From NCBI RefSeq assembly GCF_022539665.2, contig NC_081333.1, forward strand, positions 7,254,001-7,318,000: a stretch of 64,000 nucleotides of DNA, read 5' to 3'. Below, in pieces: positions 41,555-53,916 of the stretch. Source of the stretch: Daphnia carinata (Eukaryota). Within the stretch, counting starts at the first letter, position 1, and each line of letters opens with the position of its first letter. Both the position numbers and the translations under genes were made by a program. The notes under the pieces were generated by a model. It was not told the origin of the DNA. It searched no databases and saw only the letters and a program-made list of their open reading frames with translations.

Positions 41555-42719
41555 ACACAAAAAACAAACAAACAATACCGTGAAGGACATGGCGATCCAC
41601 GTTGACATCCTACGCCATTGCCGATGGGGGGATCCGGAGAAATTTTTCAGATGAAGACTGCATACGGCCAAGAATGGGCTGAGATGATATCCGAAGAAGA
41701 AGATTCAAAGTTCTAAAACGGAAAATCATATCACTATGGTTTAACTACAGAATCATAGACTGTTTTGTCAATACCATAATTAGCCATTTGGATCTCTGGG
41801 TTGTAGGTGGCCTAGTAGAGAAGTTGTGAGGACTAGACATGTGGAGATGCTAATATTTATGGCTGGATAACAAGAGAGCTGCGAAGACTGGAGTCCTGAG
41901 ACAGCGAACACTAATGGTTGACAAAACTAGTAGATGAAGATTTTTCATTTCAAAGAAGATACTTCATATCACTAAGATAATATTACAAAGTCATTAGGTA
42001 ATGAACAGTTAGGTGTTCAGTGGTATTTCGGTCTAAGAAATCTGGTTACCTTCTGGCATCAGCATTCTCGTAGCATTTCCTGAACATAATCTCAATTAAT
42101 GAATCATGCCATTAATTAATTTTTAGGTTGAAATGGGTTGAATTGGTGATAACAGTGTGATGGAACCGGCATGATAGAAAAAAGAGTAGCTCGTTATTTT
42201 CTGGATCAGCAGCTCAGATGAATGAACAAGGAAAATCCTATCCCAGCAAGATAATGTTTTTGAAATGTTATCCTTCCAAAATACACATAACAACGTAGCT
42301 ATTGAATAGGAGATAACATACCGTTGATTTTCAAATGAATAATCCTTCAAAAGCCAACACTATTACGAAACATTGCAAACACCAATTTTACTTCTTCCAT
42401 GTAATCATTCATGATGGAGGCACATCAGCGTCATCTAGTTTTCTTTTTTTAATCGAATGAAAGAATTCCTTTAAACAGAAATGCAAAACTTGATTTTTAC
42501 TTCAGATAACTTTACTGATCTCAGAGTGTTAATACGTAGCTATAAACGAAATTCAAAAAAGAAGATAGGGCCGAATGCGCTAAAACGTGTTGTGTCCATT
42601 AAAGATTAACTAACATTGAATATGGCTGAAAAACACGAAAATACTGGCGCCAGATTCTAACACATATAAGACCAGTACTCTTAATGGTTAAAGTAATGGA
42701 GTTCATTTTCTACATTTTG

Positions 42720-43070
42720 AAAGTTGGCATGCAAATTTTCCGGAAGTTACCGGAAGTAGCTCATATCTTCAACAATACTGATCTCATAAAAAAACGAATA
42801 GGATTTTCGTGATCCTTATAAAATTTGGAGTCTAACTAACGCATTTTTAGTCAAAAGCCGGATTTGGCCAAAATCACGATTTTCCCTGAACTATAGTTCA
42901 GGGAAATTTGCGATTTTCGACGATTTTCGGGTATTTCGTATTGACCCATGGAATAGACCCCAAATTTGACGAGGATTACGAAAATGCTAATCTTTTTTCT
43001 TGCATGCCAACAGATAAGGAGCTATTCAATATTTTAAAACCGGATGTCGAACCGGAAATTAAAATCCCTA
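42720..43070. mobile_element. Degenerate foldback/palindromic repeat, probably a non-autonomous DNA transposon relic; ends not resolved
   Basis: Perfect 26-bp palindrome TTTCCCTGAACTATAGTTCAGGGAAA at 42881-42906. Symmetric arms at 42821-42834/42954-42967 and 42803-42816/42972-42985, plus GTTGGCATGCAA at 42723-42734 with its reverse complement at 43000-43011. Confidence 0.6.
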
Positions 43071-45699
43071 AAATCTAACAAATGAGCTATTATCTAATTA
43101 ACGTGGTTAACAAGATAATCATATTTTTAAAAATAAACTATGGTAAATAAACGTTAGGTAGCTTCTTAAACATTTCTAAAGTACGGTTTTAGTTACAACT
43201 ACCAGTTACAGGTATGCTAGTACTGCATTTACAGGAAACACCTTAAATACGGCACCGTAATTGGTTTGCGTGAAAGTGTCGGACACTTAACAAGATTAGT
43301 CACTTTAATCATTGTTTTGCTTGGTATTTACCTGATGTTAGAAATAAGCTCGGAGAAAAAATGTGTCACTACTTTTCAAAACAATGGGTTCCATTCTTAC
43401 CATCTGGTGGAGCGCTCTGGTACTGCAAGTTAGTCTGCTACCTATTGTTGTGAATGTGTCAGTGAAAATGTTAACAGGAAAAGAGAGGTTTGTAACGGAT
43501 AAAAAAGAAATGGACAGAAAAACAAACATTCCCACCGGGAATCTGCAGATCTTGTAAGTTCGGCGACGTCTTGTCAAGAGACAAACACAACTTGTTTTGC
43601 TTTTCGAAAGATTTTTATTTAATTTTGGTAGAAAAAAAGAGGCGGGATGACCTAAGTTCCCGAAAAATCTCCACGAATTACAAAAAACATAAACGGTTAT
43701 ACAAAAAGAATGTCTTTACAAAAAGGAAAAAAAAACAGGCAAGCCAAACACCAGGATTGAAAAGAGAGTTCACCAAAAAAATGTTGTATCAAAATTCCTT
43801 GCAAAAGCGAAGGAGGGAGAGCGGGTGCAAAAAGACGGGGGCGGGTTGAAACCACGGATTTCCGGATTTTCTTCTTTGTTTTGGTTTTTTTTTTCTCCCC
43901 AGAAACTTTACCGAGTAACGTTTCCCTTTTCTTTACGTTTCTTTTTTCCTTAAGTGCCGTACTCCTGGTTTAGATATTAAACTAGATTACAAGGATGGAT
44001 CCAGTTCCTAAGTTTGAACTACCTATCCGGTTTGATTGTTGGATGAAACAGGTTGAATAGGATTATCACATGGAGAACGGACAAGCCAGAGAAATCATGG
44101 AGGAAAGGGGTGTGTATGTGTGTGTAGATTCTCGCACAGGAGAATTCGAGAGGAAGAGTGGTGTTGATTTCCAAGACGATTAGAAAAATAGAGGCAGAAA
44201 AATAAATCCAAACTCGCGGCCACTGAAAAAGACGTCATACCCCGCCTGAAATTGCAATGTAAAAAAACGACGAGGAAACAAACACCACAACCTGGGTTGG
44301 TTTTCACCCCCTCCTACCTAACCGTTTAACAATTGGTTAGTAGTAGGTAAAGATTTAACAATCAAGCTATTGGAGAGGGGGGGGGGGAAAGACGACTAAA
44401 TGACAATCACACAAATACAAAACTAGTCCATCTTTTGGGTCTTCCCCTCTTTTTTTTTAAAGGGCCATTCTGGGGGGGACAGAAAAAAGTCAACTCCCTC
44501 GAGTTGCCATTTTCTATCGATCCCGATAAACCACATACCACTAACAAAACATTTTTTTCTCCTTCGTGATTACAGAAAGGGAGAAGTTTTTTCAAAAAAT
44601 ATATATATAAATATAAAAAGCTTTTACCGGTTAAAAAAAAACGAACACTCAAGGTTTGTTTTAAAAAAATAGAAATTAGAAACGACCAAAGGGTTGGGTT
44701 TGTGGGGTAAAAGATGGTATATAAAACTGACTAGGTTAAGACATTATCAGGAAATAAGAAACAATCAACAGAAAGTTAAAATATTCCAACAAGGAAACTG
44801 ACCATACAGTTGATTTTTTTTTTTCAGTCCGCCCCATTACGGTTTATGTTCTTACGCGACAAGGAAGAACAAATTTAGGCCTACTACCAGAAGTTAAAAA
44901 TAGCTGTTAATTAAATTTGAAAAAAAAAAAACTTTTACTTTTAAGATCAATTAACCTCCTACCAATGGTTTGTTTTTTTTTTTGCTTTTTTTTTGTTTTT
45001 TTTGTCGTTTTGCTTTGCTTCTTTTGTTGCATTTAAATTAGATCGACTACCCAGGCTAACGAAAATTAACATTCGCTGAAGAAATAAACTAAATTTTAAC
45101 TTTGCAAAAGCAACATCTTCCATTGCCATATGAAAAAGAGAAGGAAAACTCTGTTTTTATAACTAGTTGGAGAGAAAAATAGAATTTGATTAATCTCTAC
45201 ATAAAAAAAAGAAAAAGAAAAACCCTAAACAAAAATAATACTTCATTCTACAACCCAAAACAAATTCTTTGGTTTAGAAAGTCTTTTGGACTAAAGAAAG
45301 TACTTGAGGAAATGAAGTAGTAATCTAAGATATCGGAATTTGTTGCAAGCCCCAGCTAGTCCAAGAACCTTTCCCTTTCCAGGTTGAGAAAACAATAAAC
45401 GGCATTGAAGCTGATGGGAATAAATGATGACCAATTGTCCTACTTCCTCAAGACAAATGCTTGGATTTCAGAGAGGAAAATAAGTCTTCGCTGAATTGCA
45501 TCTACAAACCAGACCCCACCCACACCTGCGCAGTATCTGGGTGTTTGGTTACCGATGGTTAAGATGTAAGGAATTAGAAAGGAAAGAGTGCAAGGGAGGG
45601 GGGAGAAAGAGAGAGAGAAAGAGTGAGAAAAAAAGGAGATAGAAGAGAGAAAGAGGTAAGGAGAAATAGAGTTTCAAACTATCGATTTTTAGTGACGCT

Positions 45700-48600
45700 T
45701 CACCAACGAAAGTGAACAGTTCGGGGTCGATCGGCTCCTTCCTTGACGAGTGGCTTGTGAAACTCTCTGCCAGGGCGAGAATGAACCATGGCCCAGCAGT
45801 GTTCACAGTAGTACTATAGTAACAAATGGATTGAATAGGTAGCAGCCTTTGGCGCTGATTTTGTAATTTACAGTTAATATACCTGGAGACATGTGACGTT
45901 GGCGCAGAAGAAAGGAGCAAAGCGCCCAGCCGAGCGACTACCTTGGCATTCATCGCAGAATTGATCGTCGAGAACGTAGGGTTTAACTTCAACCTACATC
46001 AATTGTTTTCGTGAAATCATGTTTACGCGATAATCGTATATATTCTCTAGTTGTCTTACCCGTTTGTCGATGTCTCCGTGCTGCAGTTGCACAAATCTCG
46101 CACTAATTGCGGCAATGTACGATTGCTGATTACTGAACGCTACACGTCCAGCTCCCTTAGGGTACTTCAATTCTGGGTCGATGTCGATGCCAGCATAGCA
46201 AACACCCCCGTAGAGTCGATCCATAATCAGAGCTAGTTCGACTACACAACGAAAGGATACAAAAATAAAGTTAAATGAACGAGTATAAGATTACGTGCAC
46301 AACGATAAAGGCTAAAATAAAAAATACGAGGGAAGATCATCGTCTTCCCACGCAAAGATCGACTTATCGATCGGCCTGAAAATGCGTGCAGTCCCTACCC
46401 GCTTTGAGAGGACGTGGTACGCCGCCAACAAAGACTGTTTTGCGAGGGTCTAGTGGTAGAGAAGCGTCTAGAACGAAATCGGCATCAGACAATTTCCACG
46501 GCCGTATTTGTACTGGCTTATCCTGGATCGAGAAAGATAAATGTCAAAGCTGAGACTCTAGCCATTGTATTTATCCGCAACTCTTTACCTTGATTGTTGG
46601 CGACGAAACGCACAGATACAATTTATCTTCTTCTTGCATACAAGATTCAATCAACTGCTGGACAGAGTTCTCTTCCTGCACAATGAAAACAGACGGGTTT
46701 AAATCAACAACTGCGGTTGAACGCACACGGCAGCTTACCTGAAACAAGAGGAACGCATAGCCTTTGGGAGGGAAGTACGATTTACTTTCGGCTTTGTGTG
46801 GCCAGTCGACGACCAGCGATCCGAAACGTCGAAAACTGGCATTGATTTCCTCTATGGAATTGCAAAAAAAAAAAGGCCAATGAGTTAGAAGGACAAGATA
46901 TTTTGACAAGGACTCTCGATATCTGAGTCTACTTCAACATATGATACCTTCATCAATGTCGGGAGGAAGACCTCCAACAAAGACTTTTCTCGAATAGCGC
47001 TCTCCAGATTCGGATCCGGAGGTGGAGACCGGGCTCCTCGGCGAGATACGCGATGGAGAGGGCAGACAGTGAGATTGCGAATGGATGGACAAAGATGGCA
47101 AGTAGTTACCGCCATTCATCCCGAAGCAATCTATGGTAAACATCAGAGAGAAAACATCGTTAGTTCACTTAAATGGCTCGGAAGTCACCAATCGATGAAC
47201 TGACTACCATTTCTTAAAGGGCAAAGGAAGTTTTAAGCCAAGACAGAAACAATCCCATAAAAGATAAATAAATAAAATAAAAGAATAAAGTTCGGGGGGG
47301 TTATGTTTAGTCACTAAAGGAATCAATAGCAGCTCGTCAAGCGTAGTCATGGCAACTTGTTTGGCCTTCTTGATGGAGATTCCAGTGCTATAAAACCGCC
47401 ACCGCCCGATACACTACTGAGGATTCTATTGACCTCGATCAACGTGGTGCCATAATTACCTAATCCAGCCATCCCGCCGAGCCCCATGGTCAGTCCCATA
47501 CCGTTGTCCTCGCCTCCGTAGTTCATATCCGTTCCGTCTAGTGCCGAATATTACTTTCCTGCTAAAAACAAAAACCACACGCAGAAAAAGAAAGAAATTT
47601 TACTTTGAAGGAAAGACCATCCATCATTTTACTACACTAATCCACCACTAGTAGTAGGAATCTACTTGGCTTCACAAGGCTCACGTTCCAAGTTTTCTAT
47701 ACGTTTCTGCTCCCCCCCCCCCCGACATGTAATCACGGTGGACGTGAGCCGGCATACATTTTGTTTGCACTTTTAATTGCTTTCATTTCATACGCGGCTT
47801 AGGTTCAGTTTCTTCGCCATTGAATAACACAAAGTTGCACATGACGTCACTCGAGTCCGCTTATTGATTCAGGGTGGGTACCACGTGACAGAGCTGGTCT
47901 CGCGTGTGGGCGGGCCGGTACATCGGCTCTCCCCCCCGTTTCCTCCCGCTTTGTGCGTTCTATCCGCGCACGCACGCCGCAGCTGCACCAGTCCGTTAGA
48001 CTTTTTTTTTTCGTTCTTCTTTTTTATAATGAGCTAATCAATAACATCAAACACGTCAATCGGGGCCATCACCACCTTTGGCTTGCTGGTCCTGTCCGTC
48101 GCCCGCTGTATTATGCATCATGTCGTGCAGGTAGTACTCCAGGCCGCGCATGTTATCCAGGGGGCTGGGCGTGATGGATCCGTGGGGGTCCTATATCAAC
48201 AAAAAGGATCATCTCGATTAGTTTCCAATGGTTTACAAAAAGGTTTCCTTCAAAGACGCATTCGCTGCCAACTGGTTGCTCGCTCCGCCCTTTCTTTTTC
48301 CAGCCAAGAGACTGGAAATAGAACGCCAACAACCAACAGCAAAATAAAAAAAAATCACAAGGAAACAAAACAAGAAATCTAAAAAAAGGATAAAAAGGGA
48401 AACCAGTTGAGAAAATTTTACACTCTAGACCCAGATTCCGGATGTATCTGGGTCGCTTGGCATTCAGGTTCGATAGCCGAAAGGATTTCCTAATAGCCAT
48501 TGTCACGACACGTGACGGGAACAACCGGCAAGATTGGAAAGAATGGCTTCTTAATTTCCAAGAAGCCGATCAATAGTTCATATACGACGCTCATGCACAA

Positions 48601-51346
48601 GTGATAACTTCTTCTCTTCTTGTAGGTAGTCCACCAACGCATCCCAATCCAATCGTCCTAATGTTTTGAGATCACGTGAACTTTTCCGACGGCCCGGTTA
48701 CAACTTGTTATTTATCACGATGAGAAAGAAAGGAAAATGAATTTGTATGTGAGAACGGCTCCCTTCGCTTCGTATGGGGGAGACCGCATCCTTCCGTTAA
48801 AAATTTCGAAACAAAAACAACACAGTGTGACCCATTTTTCTAGGCCAGAACTATAGGTTCATTGATTCTATTTTGAATCCGGACAGTGTCTCCCGCATCC
48901 TTCTATTTACAAGGAGCTTTCATGTATAGTAAGCTTATCGATTGGGAAGACTTGCGCGATTTTGTTTCGTGCATCGTGCACACGTACACACATGGACGAT
49001 GCACAATTTTGAATCAATACGCGCGTTCCTCCCTGGCATTTTCATTGCTATCCGCCCTCCCCACAGGAAATCCGTCTGGAACCCAAAGACTTTGAGGTAA
49101 ATTGACATGGTACATCGAAACCCAAACGCCAGATCTTGTTACTAACGAATTGAAACCGATAGGGACACAATACAATGTGTTTTTCTGTTATCCGAGAAAG
49201 AGTGTTAGGTCACCAAAAAAACAAAAAACAAAAAGAAGGATTTTCGGAAACGCGGAAAATTGGATAGCTGAATTGACAGGTCGTATAGGGCAGCTTAATC
49301 GAGCGGTACCGCCTCCGCCGCCACGATTAAAGCGTAGGTAGTATACAGTGACGAGGCCGAGGGGGGATGCGTAGAAGAGTCGGGTTCTCGTTTATTTTCC
49401 CTCTCGCTCTTCCTCTCCCGTGGATTGTTTGACATTGCGGGGTGCTCTGACGTCAGAGCTCTGCGTCGCCATGGCAACCTGCCTCACAATGACACCCCCA
49501 GGGGGTGCGAGAGATGGGCATTAAAATAAGGAAGATCTCTTTTGATGCAACGTCCACATCTTGGAACTGAGATCACCGATGTTAATAGCCTTACTTTGAG
49601 TCAAGCTTTCCGGAGAATTGTCAAACAAACTTCAATCGGAAATTGCATTACTTGCTGCTACAACAAAGTGAATTCAATTCATCGAGGTCGATGGTTTCCT
49701 AGATAAGACTGCATGAAATTACTTTGTTGTCGATTGACAAGTATCGTGAAACGATGATTTGATAATAAGTTAATAACAGATGGGGACGATTCAGCGGCCA
49801 TTTTGGAAATGGTTCGCATGCTCATAGGGAGTGGGCGGAAAAGCAGTTACGGCTGCAGATGGGTTTGCGTATCCCATTACCGGTGGAAGAAACGCATAGA
49901 ACTTGTCATGTGGCACACAATCGATGTCGTATCCAGCTGACATTAACTTTTACTACACTTATCAGCCGAGTTCGGGTTACAAAGAAGAAAGGTCGCGCTC
50001 TATCGAAAACAAAAAACTAGACTCATCAATCACCACATCCGCCAATGGGTCATCAAGAGGTCGAAGGCGTATGTGATTACACGAAATCAACAGTATGTTC
50101 GTACCTGATACATGTAGTCGCTGTTCTCGTCGATGTTGGTGACTTCCAACGTGGGCGGAGCCATATGGAACGGGGTGGAACCGAAGACGTTGTTCTTGCC
50201 CGGGTACGAAGTGCTGCGCCGAAACCGACTTCCACCGTATCCGCCCTGGCCGCTCGCCATGTAACCGGCTGCAGCAGCGGTCGGATTGGTCATCGAACCA
50301 GCCATGCCATACGTATGGTGATTATTAAGGCCTTTGCGGCTCACCGGTGTAGTCGAAACACCCAAACTGGCCCACGGCGAACCAGCAGATTGGGAAAATG
50401 GGGCGAAAGCCGAATTCAGTCCATGACCGAACGGATTGTTCGGAACTCCACCACAACTACCACTGACACCAACACCACCACCACCGCCGCCGCCGCCAAC
50501 ACCTCCGCCGGCCAAGTTTGGTGCCGAACGGCCGCGATTCCACAGTCCGGAAGATGATGGGCTCAAGTGAGAAGAGCAGTTGGTCGGACTAGGCGGTCCA
50601 CCACTTCCGCTCGACCACGGCGAAGAGAAAGTCGACGAGGCCGGCGATTTGTTGGCATTGATGACTCCCGGTAGTAGAAAGTTGGATGGGGAGCTGGGAC
50701 CGGATCGGGGCACCGACGACGTCGACGCTGGCGTCAAAGTCGGACTGAGATGATGAGAGCCCGTTATAGGCCGCCGCTGTTGGCTCGGACTTGGAGGCGA
50801 ATGCGGAGATAATGGGTGATATCCCGATTCGGCACTACTGCTACAACTGCTAGACGTCGATGATGACCATAGTCCAGCTGAAGGAGATGGACTAAGGCTG
50901 GACAGGAGCGAAGAACTCATTAATCCGCCGACGAGGCTAGTACCACCACCGAGGCCACCGTGCTCTCCCCCATTGCTCCCGTTGTGGCTGAGACTGGATC
51001 GGCCAGAGTCCGGTGTCGAGAGTTCCGGATCAGCTCCGTCGCCATTAGACGACGACGACGGGTTCCCACCGTTGCCCGAAAAGCTGTGGTTTCCGCTGTA
51101 GAGGTTCGGATGTAGATGCGGCGACAGCGACGACGAGGACGAGGAAGACGACGAGGACGAAGAGTCCGAGCCTCCAGCTTTGACCGAAAGGGGCGAGATG
51201 GGCAGGGAGAGGCCGACCGAGTGGTCGGCTGACGAGCAGATGTTGACGCCGAGGTTCAGTCCGACGCCATTCTTGACGAGACTGCTGCCCGACGTAGCGC
51301 CGGTTGCGGGCGATGTCGCTGCTGCTGGATGCGCTTCATCTTGCAT
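45700..51346 (-). CDS. orb2: Cytoplasmic polyadenylation element-binding protein, CPEB2-4/Orb2 subfamily (Ser/Gly-rich N-terminus, 2 RRMs, ZZ domain)
   Basis: Large first coding exon 50105-51346 (QQRRPITG, FRRSTSYP), then exon about 48076-48190 (PLDNMRGLEYYLHDMM). RRM1: ERYSRKVFVGGLPPDIDE, VDWPHKAESKSYFPPKGYAFLLFQ, LYLCVSSPTIKDKPVQIRPW. RRM2: DPRKTVFVGGVPRPLKA, RLYGGVCYAGIDIDPELKYPKGAGRVAFS. ZZ: YYCEHCWAMVHSRPGREFHKPLVKEG. Ends VHFRW* with the stop at 45700-45702. Confidence 0.95.
49444..49478. promoter_or_regulatory. CRE inside a 16-bp palindrome plus adjacent RFX X-box in the first coding intron of CPEB
   Basis: GCTCTGACGTCAGAGC at 49444-49459 and GTCGCCATGGCAAC at 49465-49478. Confidence 0.5.
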
Positions 51347-52746
51347 GGCTCGTCTGGATTCGTTGACAATGAAGCTTTTCTGCTAGTCACGAATTTAGGC
51401 CAACGTGTGTTTCTTTTTTTTTTTTTCAATTTTTTCCCCAACCAAACAAGGAAATTCTCTGCGCTTCACGGTGCAGGTTGGCTGGGTAGAATAGTCTGTA
51501 GTTTCTTGTCCTCTTTTTCCCTCTAGAAAAGCCGGCTTTTCTGGTTGCTGGCCTTGGGAGTTCCAAACGATGTGTGAAGGTCGGCCAAGGTGGAGGACCA
51601 GCGCTCTCTCTTACTCGTTCTGCGGGCAACTGGCGTCTCCTTCCTGTGTCCGATAACAGAACAGACAATTCATCACGAAATGCACGACGTCTTTTTTTTT
51701 TCTTTCTTTCTTTCCTACGATTAAAACCGCAATAAGCCAATGGCCCGTCTACAGGGCCATCACACCCTACACACGTACACAGGGAATTCGATGGAAAGTG
51801 AGTGGCTACAAGGAAACCGCAAAGACAAAAATTGGCTTAAGCTAATCTTAGGAAAACGAAAAACCGTAGAGGAAATCACGACCAAATTTTTTCTTTTCGT
51901 CGTACACATCTGCCTTTACATTTTTCAAAATACAAATGGCGACTCAGAATTTTTCTGTGGGAATTCCAAGGCATTCTTTCGACAGACCAAAAGGGCACCA
52001 AAACCAAGCCTATCGTCTAGGTAAAAGCCCAACTCACGAAATATGCAGAAGCTGTACACAATCCGGTTTCGAGAGGTCGCTCAACTCCCGAAAATAGAAA
52101 CTATGGCTCGTTTTTTTCCTCCCTTTACGTAGCAAAGCCCAAAACGTATGATGGACACCAGAGTTACTACAGTGAGGGAAGAGAGAGAGAGAGAGAAAAT
52201 AATCGCCTTTGGTTGGATCACAGCCCGGAGCCGACACCACTACTCGCAATTTCCAAGGTGCACACGGCAACAGCAGTGAAAATACTGAAAACGTACCCAG
52301 TTTCGGATGGAATGGAATCAAATCCCGAAATCCTGTGATGAGTTTTCTTGGTCGTTAACTCGGGAAGAGTCTCGGTACGAGACAAAATAACTTTTGTTGG
52401 CCGAAACTGCGCCGAGTTGCTTACCACTCTGCTGGCGACTCACGACTCGTAAGAGCTCTCATAGCTGCCTCTAGTCAGCTGATCATGCAACGGGCACCAG
52501 GGAACTTCCGCATTGACGTTGACGAAAGCGACTTGCGCCATCTATTGGTTATCTAGAATACTCGTCTGCTTTTCCATGCAAAACGGAGTGAAAAGAAAAA
52601 TTTATGAACTTCTTTTGTTTCCCCTTACCACAACAGCATCACATCACTATTTTTGTTTCTATATTAATACATTTATAGTGCAACACATAAGAACATGTGT
52701 ATCAACTTTTATTCCATGAACTTTGCCATTGTAAAGTCAATTTTAG

Positions 52747-52779
<33 letters not shown>

Positions 52780-52827
52780 GAGATAAGAAACCAAAATAGA
52801 CGAACAACACAATCGGTTTTCTCTCTT

Positions 52828-53916
52828 CTAGACAAGTTTCTTGGCTTCGAAAAATTTCTTGAGATGTCTCATCTGCCAGGCACCCATCACAAGGAGAATG
52901 GCCGTCTGCGTCAACGACCACCAGAGAACTCGCTGATTGGTACTCTCACTCGTCTGTCGGAACCGTTCCTCGCGAATCTGCAATCAACCGTCAAGAAAAA
53001 ATTTGAATTGCAAAATAGGAGTGACACCCCATATGGAAAGCTATCACAGTACTTGGCAATATGATACAATTTAGGGTGTTAATTGTGAAAGCAACTTACA
53101 CGTTGGTAGTTTTGCTCTTTATTGATCTGGTCAACTTGGGCTAGCAGCTGGCGCACACGGAGCTGTAGTTCTGTTAACTTTTCTTTTTGTGCAATTCCTG
53201 CATAGTCCATTGTTTGTTCTCCAACATGAATATCCAAGTGAACTCTCTGTTGAAAAGTTTAAAGATTAAACATTAAAAGTGCCCTATTTAATGACTTTTA
53301 AAAAATTAAGCTTACCAATTGAGTGCCTGAAAACCATTTAGTGCTGTTTGAATATAAACAAATGATATGTTCTCCAGGAGTGTGAGATGTGAAAGTAAAC
53401 CTTCCTTCTGAGCTATACACCTGTTACAGAACAACAAATTTTCCATCTTCTGACAATGTAGGAAACTGACTTCTGATAATGAACACAACTATGTTGCCAA
53501 TACTTACCCTAGACAAGACAACTTTGTCATCAGGGTCTTTAACCTCGACATGCATTCCAATCCCAGGGCTTGATGGCATAAAGCCACCAGTACGAGGATC
53601 ATACAACTGCACCTTATAATTGCCTGAAAAAGAACATGAATGAAAAATATCATTTCGCTGTCATTCAAAGTCCAAATGCTATTGGCCTGAATACAAGCGT
53701 AACGGATTCAGGTGTCACGAAAAACAATGATGACGTGGCCTCCTATCGGGAACAGATTTCCAGCAAGAAAGCTACCCACAACTTACCGATAACCATGGTT
53801 TCATCGGGAATTTCTTCGATGAAACATTTTCTTTCCGTTTCGGCAATGTGAAAATAAAGACCTGATACACACGATAAATATAGAACGAAAATCAACGAAA
53901 TGCCAAGGAACTGCAT
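52828..53916 (-). CDS. p24alpha cargo receptor, TMED4/TMED9 (eclair-like), GOLD domain with dilysine tail
   Basis: [43 protein letters not shown] | [39 protein letters not shown] | [25 protein letters not shown] | [11 protein letters not shown]...[18 protein letters not shown] | ...[19 protein letters not shown]...[16 protein letters not shown]. Confidence 0.93.

Noticed and set aside
43600..45699. CPE-like U-rich motifs in the CPEB 3' UTR (autoregulation)
   Set aside because: Indistinguishable from the AT-rich homopolymer background without conservation data.
43600..51346. HDV-like CPEB3 ribozyme in the CPEB gene
   Set aside because: No nested double-pseudoknot pattern recognised by eye; the known ribozyme is mammalian. 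A descriptor search would be needed to exclude it fully.
52545..52560. TTGGTTATCTAG similar to part of miR-9
   Set aside because: Only a partial match, the seed is incomplete and there is no precursor hairpin.
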